Origin: a bacterium
Lineage (GTDB): Bacteria; Auribacterota; JABMQX01
Length of the DNA stretch: 64,000 bases
Assembly: GCA_030691545.1 (NCBI GenBank)
Contig: JAUYEE010000115.1
Location: forward strand, 3,949 to 67,948
Direction of reading: 5' to 3'
Every line of letters starts with the position of its first letter. Position 1 is the first letter of the stretch. A model generated the notes under the pieces. It was not told the DNA's origin and made no database searches. It saw nothing but the letters and a program-made list of their open reading frames with translations. Of this stretch, positions 10,661 through 21,074 are shown in pieces. The translations under genes were made by a program, and so were the position numbers.

Positions 10661-11850
10661 GAACTCGCAGCTCCTTTCCGCGAATTTCCTCTGTTGTAAC
10701 GTTTGGCGAGCCTCCCATAGACTGTCAGGAGGTGTTCGATACACTTCTTCTCATCGCCGTACGTCACGGCCCATTGGCGCGCGAGCTGCGCTTTGGCGGA
10801 AACCGATTCGGGTTGTTCCATTAGAGCCTCAGCGATGGCCCTTCCCAGCTGCTCCGTGCTATGGTTAGCGACCATCCCGAAGAAATTCTCCAGTCCGACT
10901 CCTTCGTAAGCGGGCAGATGATTCGTGACGACTCGCTTGCCGCAGGCGGCGGCCTCGATAAAGCTGACCGGGAATCCGTCGCGACAGGGGAAGTTGACAA
11001 CCAAATCAGCTAACGAGTAGATAGCGGGCATCTGGTCATAGGGGACCCTATCGAGCCAGCGTACACAATTCTGTACGCCCAGACTCTGTGCCTTCACCCG
11101 AATGTCTTCCTCGTAAACCTTATCCTCCCCGGGCGTGGGAAGAGGATTGTATCTCTTGAACACAAGTACAGTGGGGAAAGGAAGCCGTGCCCTTGCCAGC
11201 GCGAAGGCTTCCAGAATCAACTCGTGCCGGTACAACCACCTCCAGGCGCGGACACTCAAAAGGACCCTGGCATTTTGCGGAATCGCCAAGGCGTGCCGCC
11301 ATGCTTTGGCTGCCTCCGTGTAATCCGGGCGAAAAAGGTCAGTGTTGATGCCAAAGTAAAGCAGACTGGAAGGAACCGGCCGTCCCGCCAAAACGCGGCA
11401 GTTCTCCAGGACATCCATGGCGTCCGCAAACACATGGTCGGCAAATCTCAGAACGCGTCCTGTGCATATTCGACTCAGCGGGTCGGCTCCAGGGACGAAA
11501 AGCCTGTTGATGTCGGCGCCCCAGCAGGAGAGTATGAGAGGCCTCAATCGTCCCCGGAGGCAATCGTACTGTCTCTCATCGCACACGTTATGCAGATTCA
11601 CGACATCTGGTCGAAACCGCCTCCAGAGGTAATGCAAGTGCAGGTATCGTGCCCAATCGTCAAGACGAGCCAGTCTTCTCCCGGTCCCGGGAAGTCCGCT
11701 CGGGTATTTCACAAAACGGCTGCACGAAGGGTCCAGATTTTTGGGCTTCACTTTATCCACGAAAATCACTTCGCAGCCTGCTTTCTCCAGCCATGTGAGG
11801 AAGCGGTTCGTGTGAACGTCAAGCCCCGGAGCAAGCAGCATCACCCTCAT
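10645..11850 (-). CDS. Glycosyltransferase family 4
   Basis: WGADI, FGINTDLF, DGFPVSFIEAAACG. Confidence 0.88.
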   Translation of the reverse strand: MRVMLLAPGLDVHTNRFLTWLEKAGCEVIFVDKVKPKNLDPSCSRFVKYPSGLPGTGRRLARLDDWARYLHLHYLWRRFRPDVVNLHNVCDERQYDCLRGRLRPLILSCWGADINRLFVPGADPLSRICTGRVLRFADHVFADAMDVLENCRVLAGRPVPSSLLYFGINTDLFRPDYTEAAKAWRHALAIPQNARVLLSVRAWRWLYRHELILEAFALARARLPFPTVLVFKRYNPLPTPGEDKVYEEDIRVKAQSLGVQNCVRWLDRVPYDQMPAIYSLADLVVNFPCRDGFPVSFIEAAACGKRVVTNHLPAYEGVGLENFFGMVANHSTEQLGRAIAEALMEQPESVSAKAQLARQWAVTYGDEKKCIEHLLTVYGRLAKRYNRGNSRKGAASSCLRS

Positions 11851-13028
11851 GCTTCTCTCCGCAACTCAGCCCGGACTGCGTACATCCGACCAATCAGCGT
11901 AGAAATCTCCTCCACCTGCTTTTCTGTCATTTTCGGAAAGAGAGGCAGCGTAATCGTGCGCCCGGCAAACGACCGACTGTGTTCCAAACCATCTGCAGTG
12001 AAGCTCCGAAAGGCTTTGAAATCCGCGATGGAAGGATAGTGTAAACTTGTCTGAACGCCGGCTTCGTGGAGGGCTTTCACGACCTTTCCACGAACCGGCT
12101 CGTCGGGAACTACGGCAATCATCAGATGATAGGCGCTATCTCCGAAGTAGTCCGCAAAAGGGACGGTCCAGGCGGGAAGGCCGGCAAGTTGCCGACGATA
12201 AGAGGCAACAATTTCTCCGCGAAGCCGGTTATTCTCTCTCAGTTTCCTAAGCTGTGCCCTACCGAGAGCCGCCCGGATTTCGTCGAGCCGGTAGTTGAAC
12301 CCATGGGAAACCACGTTGTACGAACTCGCGTGGCCCTTGTGGCGGTCCCAGGTAAGAGTCGTCATTCCATGCGAGCGAAGGAAACGCAGACGTTCGGCGA
12401 GGTCGTCTCGGTCGGTCACAACCATGCCGCCTTCTCCGGTGGCCATGTTCTTGTTGCTGAAGAACGAGAAGCAAGCAACGTCGCCCAGAGTCCCCGCCAT
12501 CTTGCCGTGCGGCGGCCGATGCTCCGGATCCATGTATCGGGCTCCCACGGCATGACAGGCATCCTCAATGAGAGCCAGACCGTGCCTTCGACAAATAGCG
12601 CATATTTCCGCCATGCGGCAGAGGTACCCGCCGTAGTGCATGACCACGACAGCCTTTGTGCGCGAGGTGATGCGCTTCTCCAGGTCCCCGGGGTCAATGG
12701 TGGGTTCCTGCACGCCGGGAATATCTGCGAAGACGGGCGTGGCCCCGACCGCGACGGTCATGTTCGCCGCCGCCACAAAGTTAATCGCCGGTTGAATGAT
12801 CTCGTCGCCTCGACCAAGCCCCAGCGCAAGATAAGAGAGGTGAAGCGCCGCTGTCCCGTTTGCGACGGCAATTGCATGCTTCACCCCGATGAACTCTGCG
12901 AACTCCGCTTCGAAAGCCTCAACTTCCGGTCCCATGGAAAGCCACCCGCTTCGCAACACACGCAACGCAGCCGCTTCCTCCTCGGTGCCGTAGTCCAGGT
13001 CACTAAGAGGGATGCGCCAGTTAGACAA
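11847..13028 (-). CDS. DegT/DnrJ/EryC1/StrS sugar aminotransferase
   Basis: ANGTAALH, IEDACHA, FSFFSNKNMATGEGG; TTG start at 13028 likely. Confidence 0.95.
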   Translation of the reverse strand: MSNWRIPLSDLDYGTEEEAAALRVLRSGWLSMGPEVEAFEAEFAEFIGVKHAIAVANGTAALHLSYLALGLGRGDEIIQPAINFVAAANMTVAVGATPVFADIPGVQEPTIDPGDLEKRITSRTKAVVVMHYGGYLCRMAEICAICRRHGLALIEDACHAVGARYMDPEHRPPHGKMAGTLGDVACFSFFSNKNMATGEGGMVVTDRDDLAERLRFLRSHGMTTLTWDRHKGHASSYNVVSHGFNYRLDEIRAALGRAQLRKLRENNRLRGEIVASYRRQLAGLPAWTVPFADYFGDSAYHLMIAVVPDEPVRGKVVKALHEAGVQTSLHYPSIADFKAFRSFTADGLEHSRSFAGRTITLPLFPKMTEKQVEEISTLIGRMYAVRAELRREA

Positions 13029-13734
13029 GGTCGAATGCCTCCCCCTTTTCCGTGAAGAGCTCCTGGGCCTTCGCGTAATCGTCGGGGCGCCCAATGTCCA
13101 ACCACAAACAATCGGTCGGATAAGCGCTGACTCGCTCTCCGCTTTTCAACAAGCGGAGCACAAGGTCCGGAAAGTCAAGGTACTTTCCGCGTTCGATATA
13201 TCGGAGCACACCAGGTTCGTAAACGTAGACTCCCATGCTGACCTGGTAAGTGGCTTCGGGCTTCTCAATATAATGTGTGATGCGGTTGTTGCCATCGAGT
13301 TCGACTACACCGAGATCAATTTTCACGCGCCGGGTGTGGGTTGCAATGGTGAGCATCGCGCCCTGCTCGCGATGGAACTCCACCAACCGCTTAAAATCCA
13401 GGTTGGTGAGGAGGTCCCCGTTCATGGCAAGGAAAGTCTCCTCGAGACCCGGAACGAGGGCCAGCGAACCCGCTGTTCCCGTTGGTTCCTCCTCCTCGAC
13501 ATAGCGCAGAGTGATCTGGTCAACCAGACCCTTGCGGTGCTGAAAATAGGCCCTCACCAACTCCGCCAGGTGTCCCAACGTCAGAGTAATATCGGTGATC
13601 CCGAACCGAATAAGGCGCTGGATCAGAATCTCAAGCACGGGGCGATCACCAAGCGGCACCAACGGCTTGGGAAAATTGACCGTGAACGGCCTCAGGCGCT
13701 GCCCTTTCCCACCTGCAAGAATCACCGCACGCAT
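13021..13734 (-). CDS. Sugar-phosphate nucleotidyltransferase
   Basis: ILAGGKGQRLRP..PKPL, GTAG, MNGD, WLDIGRPDDY. Confidence 0.95.
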   Translation of the reverse strand: MRAVILAGGKGQRLRPFTVNFPKPLVPLGDRPVLEILIQRLIRFGITDITLTLGHLAELVRAYFQHRKGLVDQITLRYVEEEEPTGTAGSLALVPGLEETFLAMNGDLLTNLDFKRLVEFHREQGAMLTIATHTRRVKIDLGVVELDGNNRITHYIEKPEATYQVSMGVYVYEPGVLRYIERGKYLDFPDLVLRLLKSGERVSAYPTDCLWLDIGRPDDYAKAQELFTEKGEAFDLV

Positions 13735-13747
13735 CGCTTCTTCCCCC

Positions 13748-14725
13748 TTATGCGAGTTTCACGTTGTAGTAGAGAGGATTGCCGAGGTCGTCGAGACTTC
13801 CGGATTCAATCGCATTAGCTATCTCGTGGACGCCGTCCGGCACGCGGCGGGTGACGGCATAACCCAGTCGCTCGCGGATTCGCTCAAACGACACGCGGTA
13901 GTCTCGAGGGTCCTCGGCCTTGTGAACGAATTGGACATCACACGCCCCCACCCGCTTCTGAATGATTTCGACCAAATCCAGTTTTCGATAGTTTTCCCTG
14001 CTGTCGCCCACGTTGAAAACCTGCTGCGCCGCGGCGGCCTGCGGGGCGCCAAGAACAGCAACGATTGCGCGCGCCGCATCTCGCACATGAACATACGGCC
14101 GCCAAAACAGCTCGCCATATACAACCGTTCTTCTCTCGGTGAGCATTTCCATGACGAACTGGTTCACCGTGAGGTCGAACCGCATCCGCGGTGAAAGCCC
14201 GTATAAGGTCGCAAAACGGAGAACCGTGACCGCCAGCGGGCGCGCAGACAACTCCAGTATCTCCTTCTCGACCGCCACCTTGGTCTCAGCGTACAGAGAC
14301 AGTGGCCGAACCTCACAATTCTCGTCCGCGAGGATGGACGTGTCCGACATTTTCCCGTAGTTGCTGCACGTGGAGGCAAAAACGAATCGGCTCACCCCAG
14401 CCTCGCGTGCTGTCTCGACCAGGTCAAGCGTCGCCTGCACGTTGACGGCCTTTGCCAGCTCGGGCTGCCGCGCACATGCAGGATCACCGACAATGGCAGC
14501 CAGATGAACGACGCTGTCCACATCCCGCAGCGCATCTCGGATCGCCTTTTTATCCCGAATGTCTCCTCGGACGAACTCAAACCCATCCTGACCCAGAAGC
14601 GCCAGTACCGGCCGGCCTCCGTACATCAGGTTGTCGAAAACGCGGACTTCTTGCCCTGTTCGCAACAAGTCCAAAGACAACACCGAGCCCAAGTAGCCAG
14701 CGCCGCCGGTTACCAGAATCTTCAC
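13748..14725 (-). CDS. NAD-dependent epimerase/dehydratase
   Basis: TGGAGYLG, STCSNYG, YAETK. Confidence 0.95.
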   Translation of the reverse strand: MKILVTGGAGYLGSVLSLDLLRTGQEVRVFDNLMYGGRPVLALLGQDGFEFVRGDIRDKKAIRDALRDVDSVVHLAAIVGDPACARQPELAKAVNVQATLDLVETAREAGVSRFVFASTCSNYGKMSDTSILADENCEVRPLSLYAETKVAVEKEILELSARPLAVTVLRFATLYGLSPRMRFDLTVNQFVMEMLTERRTVVYGELFWRPYVHVRDAARAIVAVLGAPQAAAAQQVFNVGDSRENYRKLDLVEIIQKRVGACDVQFVHKAEDPRDYRVSFERIRERLGYAVTRRVPDGVHEIANAIESGSLDDLGNPLYYNVKLA

Positions 14726-14914
14726 AATAGGATGCCTTTCTCTCTTGGATGTCCCATTTCCTCGTCGCCGAGACCCGCGCCCCGCCGAGATCGCGCCGGC
14801 CTGGTCTGCGGCTTTTCAATCACGGTACCTGCGCAAGCCGTGCACCTGGTTCTCGAACGACCTGTCCTGATCAAGGCCCGACCTTTGGCCAGAACCGTTC
14901 GCCTCCCTGGGATC

Positions 14915-16306
14915 TCAATCCGTCTTTCTGCACGCCAGGCTTCCTGCGACCGTCGTTTTGGAAAGGCCGCGCTCACGGGGTTCATCAACACCTGCCTCGC
15001 AAGTTGGCTCGGCCTCCGCCCACCGTTCGAACGCTTGTTTCACCAGTTCGATTGACTCGATCGCACGCACTCGCTCTCTTTCGACCGCCTCGAAAAGCGC
15101 TTTCCGTTCCCGCGGTATTGCCTGGATAAACGAATCCGCCGCCCGTATCAGCGACCCCGCCGAGATTTGCTCGATGTCCTGAACCCAATCTCTCTGGTTC
15201 AATCCGGCAAACAACTCTTCCGTCTTGAACTCATAGGACACAGGCAGGGCAGGAACTCCCACGCAGAGGGCGAGAATGACCATGTGAAATCTCGTCGCGA
15301 TTACGAGGTCGTATTCCCTGATCCTACTCATCAACTCTTCCGGAGGGTGGAAATCCTTATCCACCATCACTGATTCTCTGATGCCGTCAGGCAGCGCCTC
15401 GACGATGCTCGATGCGATTGCAGAGTCGTCCTCGCGGCATTCCGGGATGCCCTGACACGAGGAGATATAGGTTACGTGGGCCTTGTACCTCTTCACCAGA
15501 TGCGCGGTCAGAGCGCGAAACGCTTCTATATATCTATCCATGCCAGCAGTTCGGCTCACCGTCCTGAAGAACTTCCATTCCCTCACCGAGATGGCGACGT
15601 TTATGGAGGAGCCCATGGGCGAGGCGTCGTTCGCTGCCCGTTCGATGACATCGGCGTCGGCGAGGGCCAGGGCCGCGTCGGCTGTGACATACATGTTGGC
15701 GTTGGCGACGCCGAGCGCGAGGAGATTATCTAACGACTTTCTGTCACGCAGCATGACGAGGGCGGATCTATCGAAAATTCGTCTCAAGGGAAGACGGTTG
15801 TAGCGACGCAAAAAGGGACCAAGAGACTGCGTGAAGAAAATTAGCGGCCGGCTGAAAAAGAGCGTTACATTAAAGTCAAATATGTGGGGCTGGAGGTAAT
15901 AATTCTCGACGAGCGTAGTCCCCCCATTCGCTATGATCAGATCCGCGGTACTGTACTCCATGAGATCTCTCAACTCTTCCGAAGTCAACAAGAGTCTCGC
16001 AGCCGAAAGGAGACCTCGCCGAACGGAATGCGCCCCCAGGGCAAACCGGACCTTGTTCACGAACCTGTGAACGCGCCAAGGAAGCTTGATCTTGAGAGAA
16101 TCTTCCCAACTGAGGTACAACCATCTCCGAAATGCCACATCGGGGTAGAGCCTGCTCGCCGCCTCAGGACGATTCACATACACAAGAAACTCTGTGTCAT
16201 CCCCAAACGCGCGTCGGAGAAGCCTGAGGAGCGCCTGCATCATGGCGGCGCATCCGCCATTCAGCACATCTGTGTTCGTAATGAGAATTTTCACTGCGAA
16301 CCTCAA
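14915..16306 (-). CDS. Polysaccharide pyruvyl transferase family (WcaK-like)
   Basis: NGGCAAM, TQSLGPF, LRDRKS, ATRFH, SYEFKT. Confidence 0.88.
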   Translation of the reverse strand: MRFAVKILITNTDVLNGGCAAMMQALLRLLRRAFGDDTEFLVYVNRPEAASRLYPDVAFRRWLYLSWEDSLKIKLPWRVHRFVNKVRFALGAHSVRRGLLSAARLLLTSEELRDLMEYSTADLIIANGGTTLVENYYLQPHIFDFNVTLFFSRPLIFFTQSLGPFLRRYNRLPLRRIFDRSALVMLRDRKSLDNLLALGVANANMYVTADAALALADADVIERAANDASPMGSSINVAISVREWKFFRTVSRTAGMDRYIEAFRALTAHLVKRYKAHVTYISSCQGIPECREDDSAIASSIVEALPDGIRESVMVDKDFHPPEELMSRIREYDLVIATRFHMVILALCVGVPALPVSYEFKTEELFAGLNQRDWVQDIEQISAGSLIRAADSFIQAIPRERKALFEAVERERVRAIESIELVKQAFERWAEAEPTCEAGVDEPRERGLSKTTVAGSLACRKTD

Positions 16307-16358
16307 ACCGCGTCGTGACCCCGTGCTCGCGGCGAGTTGCGGAACTCGCGCGAATCCT

Positions 16359-17564
16359 CTATGCGTTAAACCCTGCGAGCAACGCGCGCTCTACCCTCCA
16401 GACAAATCGGTCAGTCTTCAAGGACCGCAGAACCGGCAACAACCTATTCATCCAAGTCGAGTACCTGAAACTGCGATCAACCGCCCGTACAACGTCAAAT
16501 CTTCTCTGGCGAAGTGCAAATGCCCGAATCTCGCGGAAGAACGACCGGTCACTCTCATCCGGCGAATAGACTTTGGCCACTCTTCGCACATCGAAGGCTC
16601 CTGGGGGGAACGTCGTACAGCGGTTCAGGGCGCCAAGGAGCGCCAAAGTGGTCATCGTGCGATAGCATTTGTTGCAGTTCCCGCAGTTCTTATCGGACGA
16701 GCCTCGATAACACACATGAAGCGACCTCATGGCGATGTCCGAGTTGGCGACGAGTTCCGTTTTCTCGACGCGATCGAATGCGGAACCATCGTGAACGACC
16801 TTCGTCCGACTCGTTGACAACAGAGGATCGGCCAGGGGGTGCGAGCCCCAGGGCTGCAAGTCCTTGTATCCGTGGCTCGAGGCGATCAAAACGGTGCGAT
16901 ATCTCTTCTCCAATGAGAGGGCGACGCTGGCGAGAGCGCACCCGTGATAAAGGCGCCCCCATTCGGCCTGCTGCAACCGTGTAGTCTTCAAGTTTGTAGC
17001 CACATCCACCAGTTGCTTGCCGAGCTCCGTCGCTGCCCTCTGGAGTCTGGCCCGTAACCTGCGAAATTCCTCGGCCTTTTGGAGGCGTATGTCGAAACCC
17101 CAGATGCACAGCAGGTCATCAATGCGGGTATCGGTGTTGGAAAAGCGGGGGTCGGTGTGGCGCAACACAGTAAAAAACGAATCTACGCCTCCTGAGAAGA
17201 ACGCAACAGTTTTGGAACCGGCTGGGTGTTCGGGAACGCCAACCACCGGAGCCTCGACAGGGACCACATGCAGGTTTGGATACCAGCACTTCCAGATGAG
17301 CATTAACTCTTCCACGTTGTCGTAGAGAACACGGTCCACCGGTTTGCTGATTCGCAGAGGCTCGCCAAGAGTGACAGCTAACGGCACAAGACAGACGAGC
17401 CACGGATTCCCCGACGTGCTCAGGAATTCCGCCATGCCTTCAGGAACGTCATACCAATACGGCTCCGGGGCAAAGGCTTTGTCATCGTAACTGACTTGTG
17501 CAACAAGGCGGACCCGGTGGTCGTTGTTCGGTGACGGTACTGTAGTAACGCTTTCAAGTTGCAT
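16359..17564 (-). CDS. PP-loop ATPase-like protein with a C-terminal Cys cluster; function unknown
   Basis: FFSGGVDSFFT, PWGSHP, LHVC...NCGNCNKCYRT. Confidence 0.75.
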   Translation of the reverse strand: MQLESVTTVPSPNNDHRVRLVAQVSYDDKAFAPEPYWYDVPEGMAEFLSTSGNPWLVCLVPLAVTLGEPLRISKPVDRVLYDNVEELMLIWKCWYPNLHVVPVEAPVVGVPEHPAGSKTVAFFSGGVDSFFTVLRHTDPRFSNTDTRIDDLLCIWGFDIRLQKAEEFRRLRARLQRAATELGKQLVDVATNLKTTRLQQAEWGRLYHGCALASVALSLEKRYRTVLIASSHGYKDLQPWGSHPLADPLLSTSRTKVVHDGSAFDRVEKTELVANSDIAMRSLHVCYRGSSDKNCGNCNKCYRTMTTLALLGALNRCTTFPPGAFDVRRVAKVYSPDESDRSFFREIRAFALRQRRFDVVRAVDRSFRYSTWMNRLLPVLRSLKTDRFVWRVERALLAGFNA

Positions 17565-17589
17565 GTTCTCTACTCAACCTCCCGGCCAA

Positions 17590-18924
17590 TCAGCTCCTAA
17601 CCACGTTCTGTTCGCCATCATTTCGGGAGCTGCCCGATGGCTCGGAGATGTCATGGCTCCAGTTGTGCTTGACCATACAAGCGCACCACTTCACTGCGGG
17701 TGAGCGCCCGCTGTCATAGAATGTCGAGCTCTCGACGTCAAAGACCAGAGCGTTCGGGATGAGGTCCGAGAGCTGACCATTCACCTGCACCCCGACTGCA
17801 ACCCTGTACTGTCCCATGGGGAGAGGCAGATCGGGAACAGTGCACAGAAACTTCCCGCTGGACGCAAGCCTCCCCATTGCGAAATTTGTGAGCCGCATGT
17901 CCAGGTGCGTAACGGCAACGCCGAGGTGGTTGAAAATCGTGAGGATCACGTTCGCCTGCTTCGCTTCGGATGCGTTTTTGTAAGCAAATTCGAAGGTGGC
18001 CCGCCTGCCGGCAATGAGATGTTGCGACGGGCGACTCGACTCATCAAGAACCCGAGCTGCGGTGAGCCGAACAAGCCCGTTCCCGCTTCGTTCCGGGTTA
18101 TCATCAAAGGCGTGCTTGCTGCCGTTGGCCAGGTAGGTGAGGTATTCTTTCACGACTTCATCAATGGGCCCGTCGAGGGCAAGCTGGCCCGCCCGCAACA
18201 ACACCCCGCGCTGGCATAGGCTTTGGACCGCCGACATATTATGGCTGACGAACAGGACCGTCCGGCCGGTTTGGCTGACCTCATCCATCTTGCCGAGGCA
18301 CTTCTTCTGGAAGGCTGCGTCCCCAACGGCAAGCACCTCGTCAACGAGAAGGATTTCCGGCTCCAGGTGAGCAGCCACCGCAAAAGCCAGTCGCACGTAC
18401 ATCCCGCTGGAGTAACGCTTCACCGGCGTGTCCAGAAACTTCTCAATTTCGGAAAATGCCACGATTTCATCGAACTTCCGCTCAATCTCCGCCTTCTTCA
18501 TACCCAGAATCGCACCGTTAAGGTAGATATTCTCCCGGCCCGTCAGTTCTTCATGAAAACCGGTTCCAACCTCAAGAAGGCTTCCGACTCGGCCGCGAAT
18601 TTCGGCGCGGCCTTTTGTGGGCTCCGTGATGCGCGAGAGAATTTTCAGCAGCGTGCTCTTGCCGGCCCCATTGCGGCCAATAACACCCAGAACCTCTCCG
18701 CGTCGCACCTCGAGCGTGACGTCCCTCAGCGCCCAAATCGTTTCCTCGGAAGGAGCCGATTTGCCGAGGTTCTTCAGTCGCCGAAACGGAGCCGCAGCCA
18801 TATCCGTTAGAACCTCGCGGAACGTCCTGTCGGCCTTCTCTTTCGCGCCTATCCGATACCGCTTGCTCAGAGCCTCAACTCGTATCACAACGTCGTTCAT
18901 CGCGGACCCATGCTTGTTGGCCAA
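17590..18924 (-). CDS. wzt: Polysaccharide ABC exporter ATPase with C-terminal Wzt_C domain
   Basis: GRNGAGKST, YSSGM signature, DEVLAVGD, long C-terminal extension. Confidence 0.95.
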   Translation of the reverse strand: MANKHGSAMNDVVIRVEALSKRYRIGAKEKADRTFREVLTDMAAAPFRRLKNLGKSAPSEETIWALRDVTLEVRRGEVLGVIGRNGAGKSTLLKILSRITEPTKGRAEIRGRVGSLLEVGTGFHEELTGRENIYLNGAILGMKKAEIERKFDEIVAFSEIEKFLDTPVKRYSSGMYVRLAFAVAAHLEPEILLVDEVLAVGDAAFQKKCLGKMDEVSQTGRTVLFVSHNMSAVQSLCQRGVLLRAGQLALDGPIDEVVKEYLTYLANGSKHAFDDNPERSGNGLVRLTAARVLDESSRPSQHLIAGRRATFEFAYKNASEAKQANVILTIFNHLGVAVTHLDMRLTNFAMGRLASSGKFLCTVPDLPLPMGQYRVAVGVQVNGQLSDLIPNALVFDVESSTFYDSGRSPAVKWCACMVKHNWSHDISEPSGSSRNDGEQNVVRS

Positions 18925-18977
18925 GTTCTCACCAGCAGTTCACGTCCATCCCAGCATACGCAAGAATCGGCGGAGTG

Positions 18978-19904
18978 CTACACCACATCTGCGAAGGTGC
19001 GCTCCATTCGCCGAAAGTAGAAGGTTCCCCCCAGGAATATCGCTATCGTCAGACCCCCGGAGACAGCCAGGGCCGTCCAGTCGAGGGGCATGTGCCCCAA
19101 CACGCATGCCCTGTAAGCCTTGATCAATCCCCCCATCGGATTCAGATTCATCACCCATTCATACCGTTTCAGCATACTGGTCGGATAGATCACTGGGGTG
19201 CAAAACAGCCAGATCTGAACCGCAAAGGGAATCACGTATTTGACGTCCCGAAACTGGACGTTGAGGGCCGAAAGCCACAACCCTACCCCGACGGCAAGAA
19301 GAAATGTGAAAAAGACCAACAGGGGGAATAGCAGCACGGCGGCCGGTGGGATGACGCTATAGTAGACCATCAGAATGCCCAGAACACTCCCTCCGATCAC
19401 CAGGTCAAGCAATCCCGCAATCGCCGCGCCCATGGGGATCATCAGTCGCGGAAAGTACACCTTCGTGACCAGGCGGGCGTTGCCAACCAGACTGTTGCTG
19501 GCGCTCGTCAGGGCATTGGCGAAGTACGTCCAGGGCAGAAGCCCCGTGTAAACGAATATCGGGTACGGGATTCCATCGGATGGCATCTTAGCCAGACGCC
19601 CGAAGAACAACGTGAAAATCAGCATCGTGAGCGTCGGCTGGATAATCGCCCACATGGCGCCAAGCAGCGTCTGCTTGTACCGAATCTTAATGTCCCGCCA
19701 CGTCAGAAAATAGAGCAGCTCTCGATACCGCCACAACTCCTTGAGGTCTATCCCGGCCCAGCCTCTTCTCGGCTCGATCACGGTGACGGCACCGTCGGCG
19801 CCCGCGAGGGAAGAAACCGCAGGACCGGCGCTCGGCTCGCCTTTCGGCAACGCTTCGCCAGTGTCCGCACGCGTGTCCTTCGGCTCGTCCAACCTAACAC
19901 TCAT
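18978..19904 (-). CDS. wzm: Polysaccharide ABC exporter permease
   Basis: RDIKIRYKQTLLG, KVYFPR, PVIYP, multiple TMs. Confidence 0.95.
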   Translation of the reverse strand: MSVRLDEPKDTRADTGEALPKGEPSAGPAVSSLAGADGAVTVIEPRRGWAGIDLKELWRYRELLYFLTWRDIKIRYKQTLLGAMWAIIQPTLTMLIFTLFFGRLAKMPSDGIPYPIFVYTGLLPWTYFANALTSASNSLVGNARLVTKVYFPRLMIPMGAAIAGLLDLVIGGSVLGILMVYYSVIPPAAVLLFPLLVFFTFLLAVGVGLWLSALNVQFRDVKYVIPFAVQIWLFCTPVIYPTSMLKRYEWVMNLNPMGGLIKAYRACVLGHMPLDWTALAVSGGLTIAIFLGGTFYFRRMERTFADVV

Positions 19905-19999
19905 GATTCTCTTCTCAGTCTTCTCAGATAGTTTCCGGCGGCGACAATCCCAAAAGGAAACTCGTCAAACCCGCTTTGGCAAAACCGCTGGTTTCCGCG

Positions 20000-21067
20000 T
20001 CACGGGCGACCGGAAGGGGTCTCATCGCAGCGCCCCACAGGACCCGCAAGAACCGCAGGTCGAGCGGTAGGTGAAAGCGATGCCTTCTGCGCCGCCCCCT
20101 TGTGCCGGGATGATGTCGCAATGGCCGCCCGCATTCGCGAGGCTTCTTCTTTCAGAGACTCGATGACATCCCGCGTGAGGCTCAGCATGAGGATCGCCTT
20201 CCAGACTTTAGGTTGAAGAGGCGAGATGGAGAGGGAGCGCGTGTAACAGCGCAGAGCACGCATCCGCCGATGGAGGTGGTGATTGTGGTGCCCTTCCCTG
20301 AAGTATCGGAGAGCCAGCCACTCCCTCCGCAGAGACCCCGACGGGTCAATCTTGTCCCTGTTCCTTGAAAGAAACTCCTCGCAGATTCTCTTGGCAATCT
20401 TCGTCCGCTCCTCCTCCCGGCAGGACAAGCGAGCATGCCCCACGCGACCTTTGACAAGCTTTTCAGGGACGTAATCGAAGGCCCAGTTCAGGCTGAACCT
20501 CAGCCAGAGATCATAGTCAATCGCCAACGGTATTGATTCATCAAACATGCCATCACGTTCGAAACACTCCCTTCTGACTGTCGAGGAGGAGAAGGGCACA
20601 ATGTTGTCAAAGATGAGGTTGCGGGTGACCTTGCCCCTCGCGAACGCAGGATGCCCCATCTCTGGAAATTCTTGCTCGCCTTGAAACCACGTGAAGTCGG
20701 AGTAAACAACCCCGATCTCGCCACTCCTCTCGAAGAGAGGAACCTGTTTCTCAAGCTTTTGAGGGAGCCAAACGTCGTCGCCATCCAGAAACGCGATGAA
20801 CCGCCCGCGAGAGTTTCGAATACCGAGGTTCTTCGCCTTCGGTTGGCCGATGTTCTTTTCCAGACGAATGTAGCGCAGGCGTCCCGCCTGCATTCGCGCC
20901 AGTCGGTAACGCTCGACTACCTCGGAGGTGTTGTCAGTTGACCCGTCGTCAACAACCACGACTTCGTAGTCCGTGAAGGTCTGCGCCAGAACAGAGTCTA
21001 TTGCCTCGGGTAAAAAACGCCCATAATTGTACGTGGCGATGACCACGCTGACGGTGGGCACTCCCAT
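20000..21067 (-). CDS. Glycosyltransferase family 2
   Basis: VSVVIATYN, VDDGSTD, FLDGDD, DYDLWLR. Confidence 0.92.
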   Translation of the reverse strand: MGVPTVSVVIATYNYGRFLPEAIDSVLAQTFTDYEVVVVDDGSTDNTSEVVERYRLARMQAGRLRYIRLEKNIGQPKAKNLGIRNSRGRFIAFLDGDDVWLPQKLEKQVPLFERSGEIGVVYSDFTWFQGEQEFPEMGHPAFARGKVTRNLIFDNIVPFSSSTVRRECFERDGMFDESIPLAIDYDLWLRFSLNWAFDYVPEKLVKGRVGHARLSCREEERTKIAKRICEEFLSRNRDKIDPSGSLRREWLALRYFREGHHNHHLHRRMRALRCYTRSLSISPLQPKVWKAILMLSLTRDVIESLKEEASRMRAAIATSSRHKGAAQKASLSPTARPAVLAGPVGRCDETPSGRP

Positions 21068-21074
21068 GTCGCTC

